A stretch of DNA of 64,000 nt, taken from positions 558,001 to 622,000 of the forward strand of contig OZ287700.1 in assembly GCA_965649825.1 (NCBI GenBank). Direction: 5' to 3'. A model generated the notes under the pieces. It worked only from the letters and a program-made list of their open reading frames with translations. It made no database searches and was not told where the DNA came from. Source of the DNA: Penicillus capitatus. Its lineage: Eukaryota; Plantae; Chlorophyta. Within the stretch, counting starts at the first letter, position 1. The number at the start of each line of letters is the position of its first letter. Shown piece by piece: positions 25,733-38,811 of this stretch. Made by a program: the position numbers and the translations under genes.

Positions 25733-27187
25733 ATGAAGACTCTTGGTGATCGATTGTCCTTTTCTAGACTGGAAGTATTGCTTTCGAAGAGGGACGCTTT
25801 CCATAACGCACATAAGAACAAAGTCTCTTTCTTTCAGCCAGGAAGAGTCGTCGATGAGGACGACATCGTACACAGTGCAGTGGCACACGAAGGAACCGCT
25901 CCTGACCGACCAAAGCCCGAGATCGATGCACGGACGCCTAACGGTTGTCCAAGCATCGACTGAAAATGTGCTTCACATCTGCTGTCCTGTAGTCTCCGCT
26001 GAGAGATGGGATGGCGATGAGGAACAGGAAGAGGCAGAAGATCTGCAGACCATGGTCGACAAGCGATACTCTGGTATCAACGCTGCCAGATCAAACAGTG
26101 GGTTCGAGATAAATGTGCCGAATATACTTGTGCAGTCCGCTTCAATGGACGAGCCCATTCATGCATACTATAATTCGTCTTTCGTTCCGGATTCCGCCTC
26201 GCAACAGCGATGTAAGTATCGAGGTTGTTGCTCCTGAGAGAAAGCAATACGGTGGCAGGGGATGTCCAAGAGCAGCAGACAGAGATCGAGTCCGAAGCAT
26301 ACAGGCCATCTGCTCGAGTCTCTTTTCGACGCAATGCGCCACAAAATGACGACCGTCCTCTCCCAGAGAACACCACTGACAGAAATCGCCAATACCGACC
26401 ACAGGAGGGCCGTGTCATGGAAGACCAAGAATTCTCTGCACACTCTCGAATGCCTTACACTGTCCGAGTCAGCGAGAGCATCAAGAAGAATCCCGATTTC
26501 GAGGAGGAGGACGTTATCAGTGTGTGGGGATCGAACAGTCGTATCGACTATCCAGAAGATTTCGACAATCACTCTGCTCAGGATTTTCCAGGCTTCCAAG
26601 TGAAGAAGCGTTCCATGAAGGACAGCGGACAGGATTCTTTATCGGGTGCCTTTACGTCTTTCCAGATGGAGTCCACACCGAACATGCAGTTTCGGAATCG
26701 ATCGGCGACGGAAGAGATTCAAAGCTCGCCGCAGTTGACACAGTCGGAGCTTCTGCAGAAGAAACGACAAACCATTCATTCCGAGTTCCCGCTGAACGAA
26801 GGCAGACGTCTTTCGAGATCTGGATCCGGCAACAGTGGCCATTCAAACCGTCCGCGACGTTCAAAGTTTCAACCTTACGTACCGAACGACACTGCTGGAC
26901 TCGGTGGCCCATCCAGTCGCGGCACAGCTCGAGCATCCGGTATGGTACATGACATCACTGTCCTTCGCAGTGGCGCTTCGAAACACGATCGTTTTGCTGG
27001 AGACTTCCAGAGGGAACTAGACCACCCGAGGCAGTCGATTCCGATGTGCAAACATGACGTCGATGTTTGGAAACGTCGTTCGTTGTCGCCTTCGAACCAA
27101 GAGAGACTATCGTTCGAAGAGGAGCTTCAGTGTCAGCTCGAGAAGAGAAGAAGTCGGATCGAGCAACAACAAGAACTTCAAAGATGA
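25733..27187 (+). CDS. Hypothetical protein, largely low-complexity/disordered
   Basis: ORFs 25743-26237 and 26225-27187 appear to be consecutive exons. TGTAA at 27313. Start lies somewhere in 25733-25853. Confidence 0.55.
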
Positions 27188-27725
27188 TCGATCGCTCTGT
27201 TTGTTTCGACAGTTTATCGGTTTCGGTTGTTTTGTCGTTCTGAATGATTCTCTCCTGACGCGTCACATCGTATGAAGTGCTCGGGGAGACAACATGGAGC
27301 GTATTGACTTTATGTAATGCCTCTCGAGTCTATCCTGCTCGTTTTAGAATATCACACAATGTACAGGAGATAGAGACTCAGCGATTCGAGGGTATAGTGA
27401 TACTCGAAAAAAACTCTTGTAAGGGACGAGTGCCTGATAGAAAGATGCCAATAACTTAAACAGTTCGATCTCTGCATCTCTTCACGCGACCGAAGAGAAA
27501 TGACAGATAAAATGGCGATTCAACATGTCGTCTAAAGTAGTGAGTGTCTTCCCAGGTGTTTGAAAAAGGAATCTCCTCTCCTGTTTATATCTTACCAGAA
27601 AGTGAAGGAATGCCGGATCTTTCATAATGGTGCTGTCATTGTCGATTCTTAATGGCCATCTTAACAATAGCGTGCACACTCTCAGCCTGTCGCGTTTCTG
27701 TCTCGACGCGCCGCTGGTCGTCACA

Positions 27726-30692
27726 ATGGCGAACGATCCGAACAGGGCGCGTACTTCCTTCCCTTTGACCAGCAACTCGAATAAGGTTCGCCTTCGATGT
27801 TGTGGAAAAAGGTGAAGACCGTCACTCTTCTTTTCAGGAATACCATCAACCCAGTCGTGCGACGTTGGGCAACGCCGCGGAAGCTTTGAGTCCTTGGAAG
27901 CGAATGCTTGATCGCATTGAAGAAGATGTGTCCGAACGACGGACGTCGCAGTTTGTCGCGGAGATGCCGCGCGAAACGCATCTTGATCCGGCACTTGCCA
28001 AAGACTACGGATTCGATCCTGGACGCCACGACACCATCGCTTTCGACCTAGGTAGATTGTCAAACGACATCCAGTTACTGATGGATCCCTTCGTTCGTTA
28101 GACAGCGAAATGCGCCTAACGCAACGAGCCTATTCATTGGATCCACTCCATGGAATGGAGAAACTGAACGATCCCAGATTTAGAGAGACGCTTCAGGTTT
28201 CGCAGGAAACACAGGAGAAGGAATCGATACAGAAAGAAGATGTGACGGCTCCAGTTGAAGGGTCTCTCCAGACAGAACAACGACCAAAGTACAAAAATGA
28301 AACAGGGCGACGGTGGATCACTCAGAACGGCTCTCAGGTCATTAGCTGCTCGGACAGAGAGAATTCCAAGCTCCCAGGACGTGCCCAATGCTGTCCCATC
28401 CTTCACTGTTGATCCAAGGGGCCAAAGGGCCATGACATCCATCGCAGGTCAGAGTGGATGTGCCAGATGGTACTCACCTTAGCTGGGCTCGCCTGTATGT
28501 CCAGAAACTGTGAGAGAGGATGTTGCTGATGGCCGGCTGTCCGTTTCTGCTGTCTCATCATCACTCGGTCCGAAGAAGAGGGTGCATTTTCCTGTGCAGT
28601 ACACAGCATCTCCAGTTCCCGGTAGACAGAGTGCATCTCTGGTGTATCCCTCTCGTGGGTCCTTCTCGTTGACCGAGTCGACGGATATGAGGTCATCTAT
28701 GCAACCTATGCAGCAACGGGCAACCATCGATGCCGCCATGATGATTGCCCCAGTAAGAGTGCACTACGGACATTCATCGTCAGAAGTAGATCGTGACGTC
28801 TAGGGGACTTTTAATGCAATGTCATCGAAAAAGCCACTTCCACCAGTAAGAGAATCGGGAGAGATGGCAGAAGATATGTCCAGGGAATGGAATCATCCAC
28901 CTGAATCTGCACAGCACCTGACGTTGCGAGTGCGTTCAACGAAAGATGGGATGCTATTGCATCAAAGATGTGGTCCAGGATTTTATGCGATTGGCTGAAA
29001 TGGACGTCGACGAGGACAGACATCGAAGATCGTCTCTCGTGGACGCTGGGATGACTGGATGGCCAGTCAAGACTCCGGCAGAGTCTCTCGTCCAGCAACT
29101 CCAGTACAACAAACACTCCTCACACAACGTGGCAGAAATGCATATCTGTAGGTATTTGACTGGAGAGTTAGTGGAAGAACAGGTCTATAGAAATGCCAAT
29201 GCTGGATTAAAGCAGCTGTACCATAAAACTAGCAACTCGATAAGGGAACAAGAAATATCCTTTGCCCAACGAAATCCACCTGTTGTACGAAAGATGCAGC
29301 AAACAGGGAGGGATAGACTGGAGGGACTGAAGAACAAACTGCGTACCACTTTCTCCGAAAACAGGACGAGAGGCCAGCAACAGTGGAAAGAGGCACGGTC
29401 ACGACTGGAAGCAGAGTACATTGAACTCTTAAAAAAGATCAACGGAGTTCTTGAAGAAGATCTCGGGCACTTGACGGTGAGCGATAAGTGTTCCTTTGCC
29501 TGATTGCTCAAGATGGGTCGGCTGGCTTGCAGAAAACGGAAACATTTGTACAGTGGGCGACGCGATCCTGCAAAGAGGCCAAAAGAAAACACCAAAAGGA
29601 AGAGGAGCAGTTGAACAGAGCACAGCAGGTGGATGTCTTGAAAGATAGGACTGCGTGATACCTGTGATTTTTGCAGGAGATCCAAGCTCTTGAAGATCAG
29701 CTGCGGCATTTACAGAGCGAAAACGAGAAACTTGCTGAGAAGAAAGCCATTGTGGTCACCAAACAGGTTTCATTCCATCCCTTTACTCCTGTTCTCATTG
29801 ACTGGACGCCTAGAGAGAACTGCAAAAAGTCCAGCGTGAAAAGGCAGCACTGCAAACAGAGATGGATCGAATAACAGAACAAGACAATGATGACGAATCC
29901 GCAGCGAAAGAACGGCGGCAGTGGATGCAACAGGTCTTAGATGCTCAGCTGAAATGTGACGTGCTGCACAAACTGCAGGTCTCTTCTCTGTTGTATTTTT
30001 CTCCCACTTCTGACAGAGATGCTTCTTCTGTCTCTAGCCATTCACGCTGCACGACATTTCGGAAAGTCACGGTCAGTACACTGTTGGCCTTCAGATCGGA
30101 AAGCTCTTCACGATGGAGATTCGATATCCGAATTCCCAGAACCACAGTCCTGGCGTGACAATGAAAATCGGTCTCCTGCCGATGCACATGTTTTCAAAGT
30201 TCTATACGATCAGACATGCAAAGAAGCAAATGCAAGCGTCTCGTTCTCTTCTTGGATTGACGCCAAGTGCTCCCCATTCGTGCTGGGATGTGAAGCAGAT
30301 GTACTTAAGTGCTTGTAGGCCAGAATGACATCACCGTTCAGATTCATGAGGCCCATGGGCTGTGCGAGGCTTGGATGAAAATACATGCCATTCAGTGTCT
30401 CGTCGATGAGCTTTATGCCTTGCGCCAAAAGGGTCCACCATTTGTGGGATACAACATCGCATCGGACACGCTCGTCATGAACTTCTGTTCCAGCAAGAGA
30501 TCGGCAATGGTGTCCCTTCTTTGTCGATTCCGACCATACGAGTTCCCATATCAGTTCATGCCTGACCACGCAAAGGTAAAGCTGATCATTGGCGACGATG
30601 ACGAGCTCGTAAAGCAGACAAAAGAGCAGCTTTCTCATGTGAAGACAGGACCGTTTGTCATCTCTAGAATGGCGGATGCTATAAAGATGTAA
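27726..30692 (+). CDS. KNL1: KNL1/Spc105-like kinetochore scaffold
   Basis: RVxF motif KKRVHF (28573-28590); spliced HLTLR|DFMRLAEM resembles the Spc7 I/TxQDF motif; NPPVV...QQQWKEAR coiled-coil region; globular C-terminus in the RWD position. Based on motif recall, not a database search. Confidence 0.6.
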
Positions 30693-30776
30693 AGAAATTG
30701 ATCAGTTCCGCGCGATCTTCATCTGACGCCACCGACTAAATCATTATTCCGTCAGACCGGGTGGAAAATGACATGC

Positions 30777-32085
30777 TCAAATATCTAAATCGTCATCCGG
30801 ATCTTCGTCGGAGTCGTATTCCTCTTCAGAATCGCGAACGTAGTGGATTTCTCCCAACGATGTGACATCTTCGTATGGAAGGATGACGTCTTTCTTGGCG
30901 TCTCTTTCCTGTTTGGTTTGAAGTTTTCGACAGAAAACAGATCCATCAACGAAAGCAAACCTCTCTTGTCAATGTCAGCTGCATTCCACCTTCCATCTGT
31001 CGCATCAAGTTCTTTGCCAAACCTTCGTTATCGTTTCCTGCTAAGAAAGTCGTGTGCATTGTCGATAGATGTGTCGCACCGTGTTGCTCAGTTGTAGGAC
31101 ACTTGATCGTTGCCTCCACGAGCTTAGTGGAATCAATAGACAGGGCATCTGGTGCAGGAAAGAATGAGATATGTCCAGATTGATCGACCCTGTACCACTC
31201 CACTTGTGTGACGATGCGCCCTGCGGTCGATCTCGAGAGTTCTGTAAGAAGAGATGATGCGCGAACCCGTTTCCGTCGTCTGAAAAGAGGTGAGGGCTCC
31301 GTGAGGAATCGTATCGGAAACCGGAAGAAGAATTTCGCTTGGCCAGGTCAATTGAAATCTTCCGGTGCAGAAAGATCGAACGGCTTCAATTTCATCACGA
31401 CTTCGCCCCTCCTGGACGTATCAATCTCGCTCGAATGTCTCCTTGATGTTATACTTTGAGCAATCGCTCACCGTTCGATAACGCATCAGCAGACAGCGAC
31501 AGTTTTCATGCAGCACGAGTCTGTTCAACATCCGCAATACCTAAGGTCAAAAGGTGTGCCTGGACATAATGCGATGGAGTGTCACAGAAGAGGGATCATG
31601 GCGGAAAGTGAGGGTGCTCAGTGCATCGATCAGAACAAGACTCCTTGTTGTGAGACTGTTATAAAGAACTCGCGCCAGATTGTCGAGCGACTTCAGGTTT
31701 ATGCATTGTGAGTTCGAATCTGTTTGTGGGATCGTTGCTCTACCAAACCAGCCTTCAGGATCTGAGAAGCAATCCAGTACCGTCTGCCGACATCGCTGAG
31801 GAGCTACGCTCAGCATATCGCTGATTTCTTCGGGAGATGTGTCCAGACTTAGAATGATGAGATGCTCCACTTCCAGGGACGTTGTTGCAAGGCAACGCAT
31901 TGTCTCCGAGAGAATCTGAAAGGCATGAAGCTAATAATATATTGAGAAAGGGAGGATCGCATAACGGATCGCCACACGTATAGTCCTCCGTGCAAGGAAG
32001 TGTCGTCCTCGAAGCACAAGGTTCCTGCCGAGCCTGGTAACGAACCTCGACCGCGTAGAGTACTGTCCACGGTTTTACGCAACAT
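30777..32085 (-). CDS. ELP5: Elongator complex protein 5
   Basis: LDCFSDPEGW, LVLIDALSTL, and the diagnostic C-terminus IHYVRDSEEEYDSDEDPDDDLDI*. Confidence 0.85.
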
Positions 32086-32476
32086 ATACGGTTTTGCGTA
32101 CGACAACACCGATCGCATGAATCGAAATCGCCCGAGTGACAACGTAGTATGAAGCGTCCGATGCGAGACTCGGCCACGAATGCAAGTGGGATGATCCTTC
32201 AGCACTACGAACAGTATTTATGACACTACGAAGAGTTTGTGGGGTATTTAGATGGTATAACAGCAGGTTTCTATCCACCGAGTCACAGGCTTGTTTGATG
32301 TCGAGGGAAACCACTGCTAGTAGTAGTCTTCTTTGATTCAATTCTGTGACGGCTTCGTCGATTAAGGTTTCTTTTGCAGTTTTCGTTGATCGGCCTCTCC
32401 CGAACCCATGTTGAGCAATTGACAGGTGCAAGAGGCGAGCGAACATTTGGATGTGAGACGTGATGTATTTGTGCAT
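32075..32476 (-). mobile_element. Truncated non-LTR retrotransposon reverse-transcriptase remnant
   Basis: QHGFGRGRSTKTA and VVSLDIKQACDSVDRNLL match RT subdomains 2-3 (QxGFRxGRST; LDxxxAFDSV). No GVPQG or YADD motif was found nearby. Confidence 0.75.
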
Positions 32477-32479
32477 TCC

Positions 32480-33420
32480 AGAGTGTTACATGATCATACG
32501 ACTTATTTTTCTTGACTAGCGTGACAAGCTGTCGTTGCCGGCTTCATGACCCAGCAAAATTCTTAGCCTTTATCAAGACAAACCATAGACTAGTTGTGTT
32601 TGCAAGACACTTGTCTTCGGCAAGATATTCTTTTCTTGTGGATTCGCTGGAAGCAGCTAGCTAGCTAAAAACAGTGAAAGCGGCAGTCATTGAAGGAGAA
32701 GAGCTTAATGCGCTGACAGTTTGAGTTGTTACGAGGTACAAAGATCCTGGAACACGTTCTCGAGACCGAAGTTATCCGCCAGTTGACATTTCATACATAT
32801 AATGCCGAGAGGCAGAATTTCAATAATGCTTTATTTGCCGTCTTATAGTATAGATATATCACTTAGGATATTAGTTTCGTTGCTACACACCCTTTAATGA
32901 CTTGTCGAAACGTTGTTGTATAGTTTATCAGATTAAGAAGAAGCTCCGTCGAAGGAATACCATAGTCGCCATGCAACTTGAACGCAAGATAAACAAGGCA
33001 CTAGATCATTTTATCGAGATCAGTTAACCTTAATCATCTGACCGAGTGATAAAAACAACTGCACTGCGTAACTACCACAGCTGTTAAACTTGCTACTGAG
33101 ACTGCCAAACTTCGTCCAGATCTTCATCACACCCAGATAGCTTGGTAAGACTTCTAGACGAGCAAAGGAAGAGCTCATTATTTCATTCAAGGAAGGAGAT
33201 AGAAGACAAGAAAGTACTCTATTCAGTTCGCAACATCTTAGAAGATATTGAAACTGCTTTGCTAGGTTCTGAAGGATCAACTTACTGACTTCGCAATCTG
33301 TTGTTTACACAGACCACTGCTTAAACATTACCACTGTTTTCTGCTTAGAGCAATAGTCGTCACAACATGACAGGTTAGCAGGAATTTTGCTAAATGCTAA
33401 ATCCAATAACTGTTACTTAC
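32480..33420. other. AT-richer island with no intact gene, possibly a decayed insertion
   Basis: Visibly more AT-rich than the flanks. One plus-strand frame (32941-33288) is protein-like but broken by four stops. Confidence 0.4.
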
Positions 33421-33810
33421 ACTCTCAATTCTTGCAAATGTCGTCCAAGCGAACTTGCATTCACGGAGTCGAAGGCAGTCCTCAGTTAAAGGATGCCTGT
33501 GCCGAACAAAAACGCTCAGAGACAACGACAATTTGCTGCACGCCGCAGATGATCAAAACGTCCCGTCGACTGGAATACGCGCGATGCATCGAACATTGCG
33601 CACGCCTTAGCTTCGTTGTCTGCGTTTACCGTCGCGCTTTGTGGCACATCCATCGCAACCTGTTTGCGCGACAGACGTGACACGTCATACCAAAGAACCT
33701 TGTATTTTGATGAATCTGAATCATCGTCGCGTTGTGCGACACAAGGGATCGTACAATTCAACCGCCGATTCGACTCCCAGCTGTACCCATGCTCGTTACA
33801 TACGTACAAA

Positions 33811-35225
33811 ATGCATCTAAAGGACTGTGATTTCGTCCATCTCTGCGTGCTCTCCGTTCTCAACGATTGACGGCTTGCTTTCTTTTCGGCGTTCATTCTT
33901 AATTGATACTCGTTTCCTGGAAGAACGCAGACAGTGGAGAAGTGGCCACACGTTGCGAGCATGTCCGCCGAAGAACTCAACAAAGAACCTTCTGTTTACG
34001 AACAGCTCAGCTTCATAGACAACATTTATAAGACGAAAGACGAGCTCCATGCGAAACTTGCCGAAACGGGATTCAAAATGTTCCATAAAATCGAAGTCCC
34101 GAAAGTTGACTGTTTTGTCTACGTTCCAACCTCGTTCCCTAAGACGCAAGACGAGGTTTTTGATGCTTCGCATCGACTACTCCTTTCTTCATGGCTGCAG
34201 TGTGAGACTAGGTCAACGCATTCGATTTCGAGGCGTACACAGACAAGCGATTCACGATTGGCATTTGCATCGGCGGCACGTGTCTGAGCAACGGCTGGGA
34301 TGAGAAGTGTAAGCTCGGTGTGCAGGGTATCTTGAAGATCAATCACAACTGCAGCAGTGCCGATAAGGCAGCGACGCAGATCTTTCTAGCTCTAGATGAT
34401 CTCTGCCGAGAATACGATGAACTTGCGCAGCACAACATCAAACTGGATGTGCATATATGTGGCTATTCATTGGGAGGACTCTTTGCTCAAGTCGCGACCG
34501 TTCTTCTTCAAGATTGGGCATATACAACAGGAAATAGAGTAACCTGTCGAACATTCGAAGCTCCTGGTGTGCCAGAGATGTACCATGAGATTTCTGAAAA
34601 CTACGATGAGAACGCAGAGGAGTTTTGGAAACGGCGAATTACAAATTTCAAGTCGCTACCAAATCCTCTGAACACCGTCTTTAAAGACATCGGCCGCGTT
34701 TTCCATCTAAAGAATACAGAGCATATCAAGTGCAGCAGGAGTTGGATCTTCAAATGCCTTGCCGGTACAACGAAACGCGTCGTCTTCTGGTCATCACTGT
34801 TGAAGGGCTTTGGGATCACTTCACTTGAAGGAGCCTTTCCCTCTCTAGAAAAAACGCAGCAGAGGCTTCTTATTGGTGCAACCATTGCTCTGGAACTCGG
34901 AATGGATCTATGCGAGATCGTGCGTAATCACGATGTTGAGTTCATGATGCAATGCTTCGACCGAGAAAACGGAAATGCCTTACCAGGAGTCTGCATTGAG
35001 ATGCAGGGATGGCCAGTTTACGAAATGTTCGAGGACTCTGTCATCACCCTTCTGCAAAATGTGTCACGGGGATTGGTCCTAATGGATCCAAAAAATGCTG
35101 GCTTGCATACACTCTTCCTTTGGGGTGGAAAACGTGGTTTTGTCGAGAGGAAACTTTCCGATATTCCTGGTTATCTTCCTTTGGCAAATGTCAAGCCAGA
35201 AGAGATTTCAGCACACGAAGAATAA
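33811..35225 (+). CDS. Class-3 lipase / alpha-beta hydrolase family protein
   Basis: IGICIGGT (the xRGT-like oxyanion segment), nucleophile elbow VHICGYSLGGLFAQ, and CRTFEAPG. First exon is uncertain. Confidence 0.75.
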
Positions 35226-35638
35226 CGCTTTCGTGAGGGCATATGTATTTTTTGAATGCCTTTATCACATCGCTGTAGTCGATTTGGCATCATGCTGCGT
35301 CCGGTTACTTATCCGTTTGATGAATCACCGGTTGTGGCCAATTGAAAAGGCTCAATCCATACCTGTCATGAAGCCCGCGACATTCTCCGCGAATCTCTCC
35401 TGACTGTCTCGATCTCATTACTCACAGACGTTTTAAAGTATTTCCACTGCTTCTGAATCATCACCTGCTCGCGGAAGTGAGCAGTGAATGTTTAAGAGTC
35501 AGTCGATTGACCTATCTCTCCAGTTTAATTCTATCTATTCTATTTCTTGGATGTGGTGGGTATTGGCATTCTGTCACATCACAGGCAGTGTGCCTCACGC
35601 GGTCATTCGTCTGATAAGCTTCTTGACGATTTTCGATC

Positions 35639-36877
35639 ATGGGAAACGACGACGGCATTTTCTGTTCGACGGCAGGACGCGTGTTTACAGACAAGGCGGC
35701 GTTCACTGAACACTACAAGAGTGACTTCCATCTTTACAATCTCAAGCGACGTGTGGCAGGACTGCCGCCGGTGACACGAGAATGGTTCGAAACGCAGAAA
35801 GCGCAGATTATTAAGTCTGCCTCAAGGAAGCCAACACAGCAGATTTGGATAGACCCTTTGACGAGAAAAAAGTTTCAGAGCGCGGCAACCTATGCCGTCT
35901 ACATCCAATCAAAGAAATACCAGGCCCTTCTCAGAGAAGCACAGCTCACAAAACCCCCCGAGCCTCTGATGACAGAGAAGCAACGGCGAAACAGTAAGGA
36001 CGAGAAGCCGAAGCAATCGACTTATGTTATTGTGTGATTGAGGTGACGGTTCAGTAGCAACGAAGAAATCGGACAGCGATACGACAGCCCATGAGAAAGG
36101 TGAAGAGTGGGATGTCACTGTCAGTCTATTCGACAATCACAAGAGTGATTCCTTCGAGTCCAATCTGGAGTACATGTTCAAGAAGTATGGATTCTATTTT
36201 CCCAACTCGGAGTTTCTCGTGGATGCCTGCGGGCTGCTCAAGTATCTGGTCGAGCAAGAGAAGTCGTGCGAGGCATTCGTCTGAGATGCTATCCCTGTAG
36301 GGTGCGAAACTGAGCGAAGGGCATATTCCGTTGTATTGCAGTGGACTGAATCCAAGGGCGAAGCAATTTGCCTCGCGGCAGGCAGTACAGAATCACATGA
36401 AAGACGTTCACAAATTCACCATGCTCTTTGACGAAAACGAAGAGGAGTATGAGGATTACTATGACCTGGACGCACTCTACGAATCGGACAAAGGTCCAAC
36501 CGAGCATGTCCATCTTTCCTCATCTGACACATTTGGTGGAATTAGGTCTTCAGCTGGCCAATGGCGGCGATTTTGCAGAGCTTTCGGGATTCGAACTCTT
36601 TGTGAGAGACGAAGAAGGACGGGCAAAGATTCTGGGAAATCGTGAGTTTGCTTATCTCTACCGCCAAAGACATCGACCATGGGATGGCCGCGAGAGTATC
36701 CAGACAGGACAGTTGGTGGCAAAGTATCGAGCTTTGGGGATAAGCACCCGAGAGGTCACACCCGCTCTGGTGAGATGCTCGAGAAAGCGCGAGGCGGAGC
36801 GTCGATCATGGACACGAATGAAGACGGATTTGAGAAGCAACATTAACAGCAATCTGCCAAGAAATGTGCCATACTGA
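35639..36877 (+). CDS. REI1: REI1/ZNF622 pre-60S maturation factor
   Basis: HYKSDFHLYNLKRRVAGLPPVT, NLEYMFKKYGFYFP, KILGNREFAYLYRQRHR, and C-terminal SNINSNLPRNVPY*. Confidence 0.92.
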
Positions 36878-37040
36878 ACACACTGCTCTGCGTCACACGC
36901 AACCATACGTTTTCTTAGACACCTAAATCGTACGGGGGGAGTTTCATTCGTCTCGAGAGCGCCGTTAGACGGTTTGGCGTTCGACGATCGATAACAGTGC
37001 CTCGAATCTATCAGCCTTTACGCGTTCGCAGAGTGCGAAC

Positions 37041-37869
37041 ATGAACGACGATGCCCACTACCGCCGTTTGTCCTTTGACTCGACGTGTTATCCGTTTGCG
37101 TCAAGAAGCGAATGGCATGTGGAGACACGTAGTGGTCTTCGAACAGACAACGAGGCAACTGCCCTTGCTATGCCTTCATCGACATACGAGTTTCCACGAA
37201 GTCTTGATGTACATGTGGCTCGTTGCCGGTCTTTTGGGAAGGTCTGAGGACTCGTGTTCGTCTGTAGGTATTCCGAGGCTCTGACCGAAGCCGGCTAGAC
37301 GCAGCTCTTTCTTTTTCTCGCAGTAATCTTGAAGAAACTGCGTCACGCCACTTTGACCTCTCTTCTGTCGGTTGCGTTTTGCCAGACGAAAGACGTCCTG
37401 CTGAACATCGCCATCGTTTTGCTCCGGCGCTTAGCTTGGAGATGACGAGTTCTGAAGTGGGAAGTTCAACAATTCAACCTATTCGTTCAACATCCGCAAT
37501 TGAAGCTATTACGCGTCTCTTGGTGGAGACACGCCTGACCGAAAATCTTTCCGCGATTCGAGAAGTACGGTGAGAACAGACATTTTGACCAATATCCTTC
37601 GACTGTAGGTTACCCGTCGAGAGATATCGAATCAAACAGAATTAACCGAAGAAGAAACGGAGGCCTTGCGTTCAACCTTAATAAAACCGTTTGCAAATCT
37701 GACGTGCTGTATTTGTCAAGAAGTCATGAAAGAAGGCGAAGCAGTGGTTCAGTTGCCATGTTTTGCGAACCACACCTTTCACTTCGATTGCTTGCGGGAG
37801 TGGTTCAAGAGTCGACGTAGTTGCCCATTGTGTCGCAAGAGGGTTGTTCTCCATTCAAGAATACCTTGA
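37041..37869 (+). CDS. RING-H2 finger protein (putative E3 ligase)
   Basis: CCICQEVMKEGEAVVQLPCFANHTFHFDCLREWFKSRRSCPLCR. The 5' exons are uncertain. Confidence 0.7.
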
Positions 37870-38302
37870 CTGTACACTGTTGACAGAGGCCGTTATTGAC
37901 GGTCTTTTTATCAAGCGCTCTTTCTAGGATTGTGTTCTTTCGAAAAAAACGATCACGGCAAGAAACGCGAATTTGAGCCTAAAACGTCGGCGCTCGCGAA
38001 ACGGAAGGTGGGCTTTCGAGGCTGCACTGGCGGCGATCGAGGCATACGATGACGCTGACAGGATCTTGCTGTTCCTCGAAGGACGGACGGATGGAATGAA
38101 GGGGATCGGTTATCAAAAGAAGGACCGCTTAAAAGTTTTCTTCCTCAAAGAATCGTCCCCAAAATCCACCAGATCTTGAACACTTAGATGGATCAAGATA
38201 TACAGCAAGCACTTCAACTGTAATCGTGATGATTAGACACTTTCAGATGATGCGCTTTCTCTTCGACTACCGTTTCCTGACGCTCTTCTTCTTCAGGTCT
38301 CT

Positions 38303-38811
38303 TTATCGTTTGCGGACGAAGAGGAATGCAACGGCGACTGCCCCCGTCACGAAAGCCGCCATAGGGAACACTCTGTTCCACTGGCCCAATGACAGAGGCG
38401 CGACGATCTATATCCATCCATCAAAGGGTCCACCCTGTGTCGTCACCCGAAAGCGCTTACCTTGCCGACTGTCTTGTATTTGCTTTGGAATTTTTCGATC
38501 CACTCTTTGAGTGTGACCTTTTGGTCTTTGTTAAGATCGGATGTTCTGTCCGAACCCGTTTCCTCTAGATCAAGCATGGCTAAGGCCCTTGCGATTTCGC
38601 AGCCGGCTAAGACTTCGTAAGCTCCACCTGAATAAGAGCCATCGGCGCGATGTCGAATGCACACGGCGCGTTGTGAAGACTGTTTACCTTTGCCATAAAG
38701 ATGGCGCGATGCTGTGACATCGAAAACTTCCCCTTTGATAGCAACATAGATCTTGCCGTTTGGTTGCTCTCCGCGAAAATGAGTCAGCTGGCGAAGTGTT
38801 AAATTCTTCAT
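38303..38811 (-). CDS. MAPR-type cytochrome b5-like heme/steroid-binding protein with a C-terminal hydrophobic tail
   Basis: IYVAIKGEVFDVT, LYGKG|GAYEVLAGCEIARALA, EWIEKFQSKYKTVGK|IV. The last exon encodes MAAFVTGAVAVAFLFVRKR*. Confidence 0.82.

Noticed and set aside
33516-34173. Minus-strand ORFs of 155 and 118 aa
   Set aside because: They partly or wholly overlap the lipase exons in antisense and have no motif.
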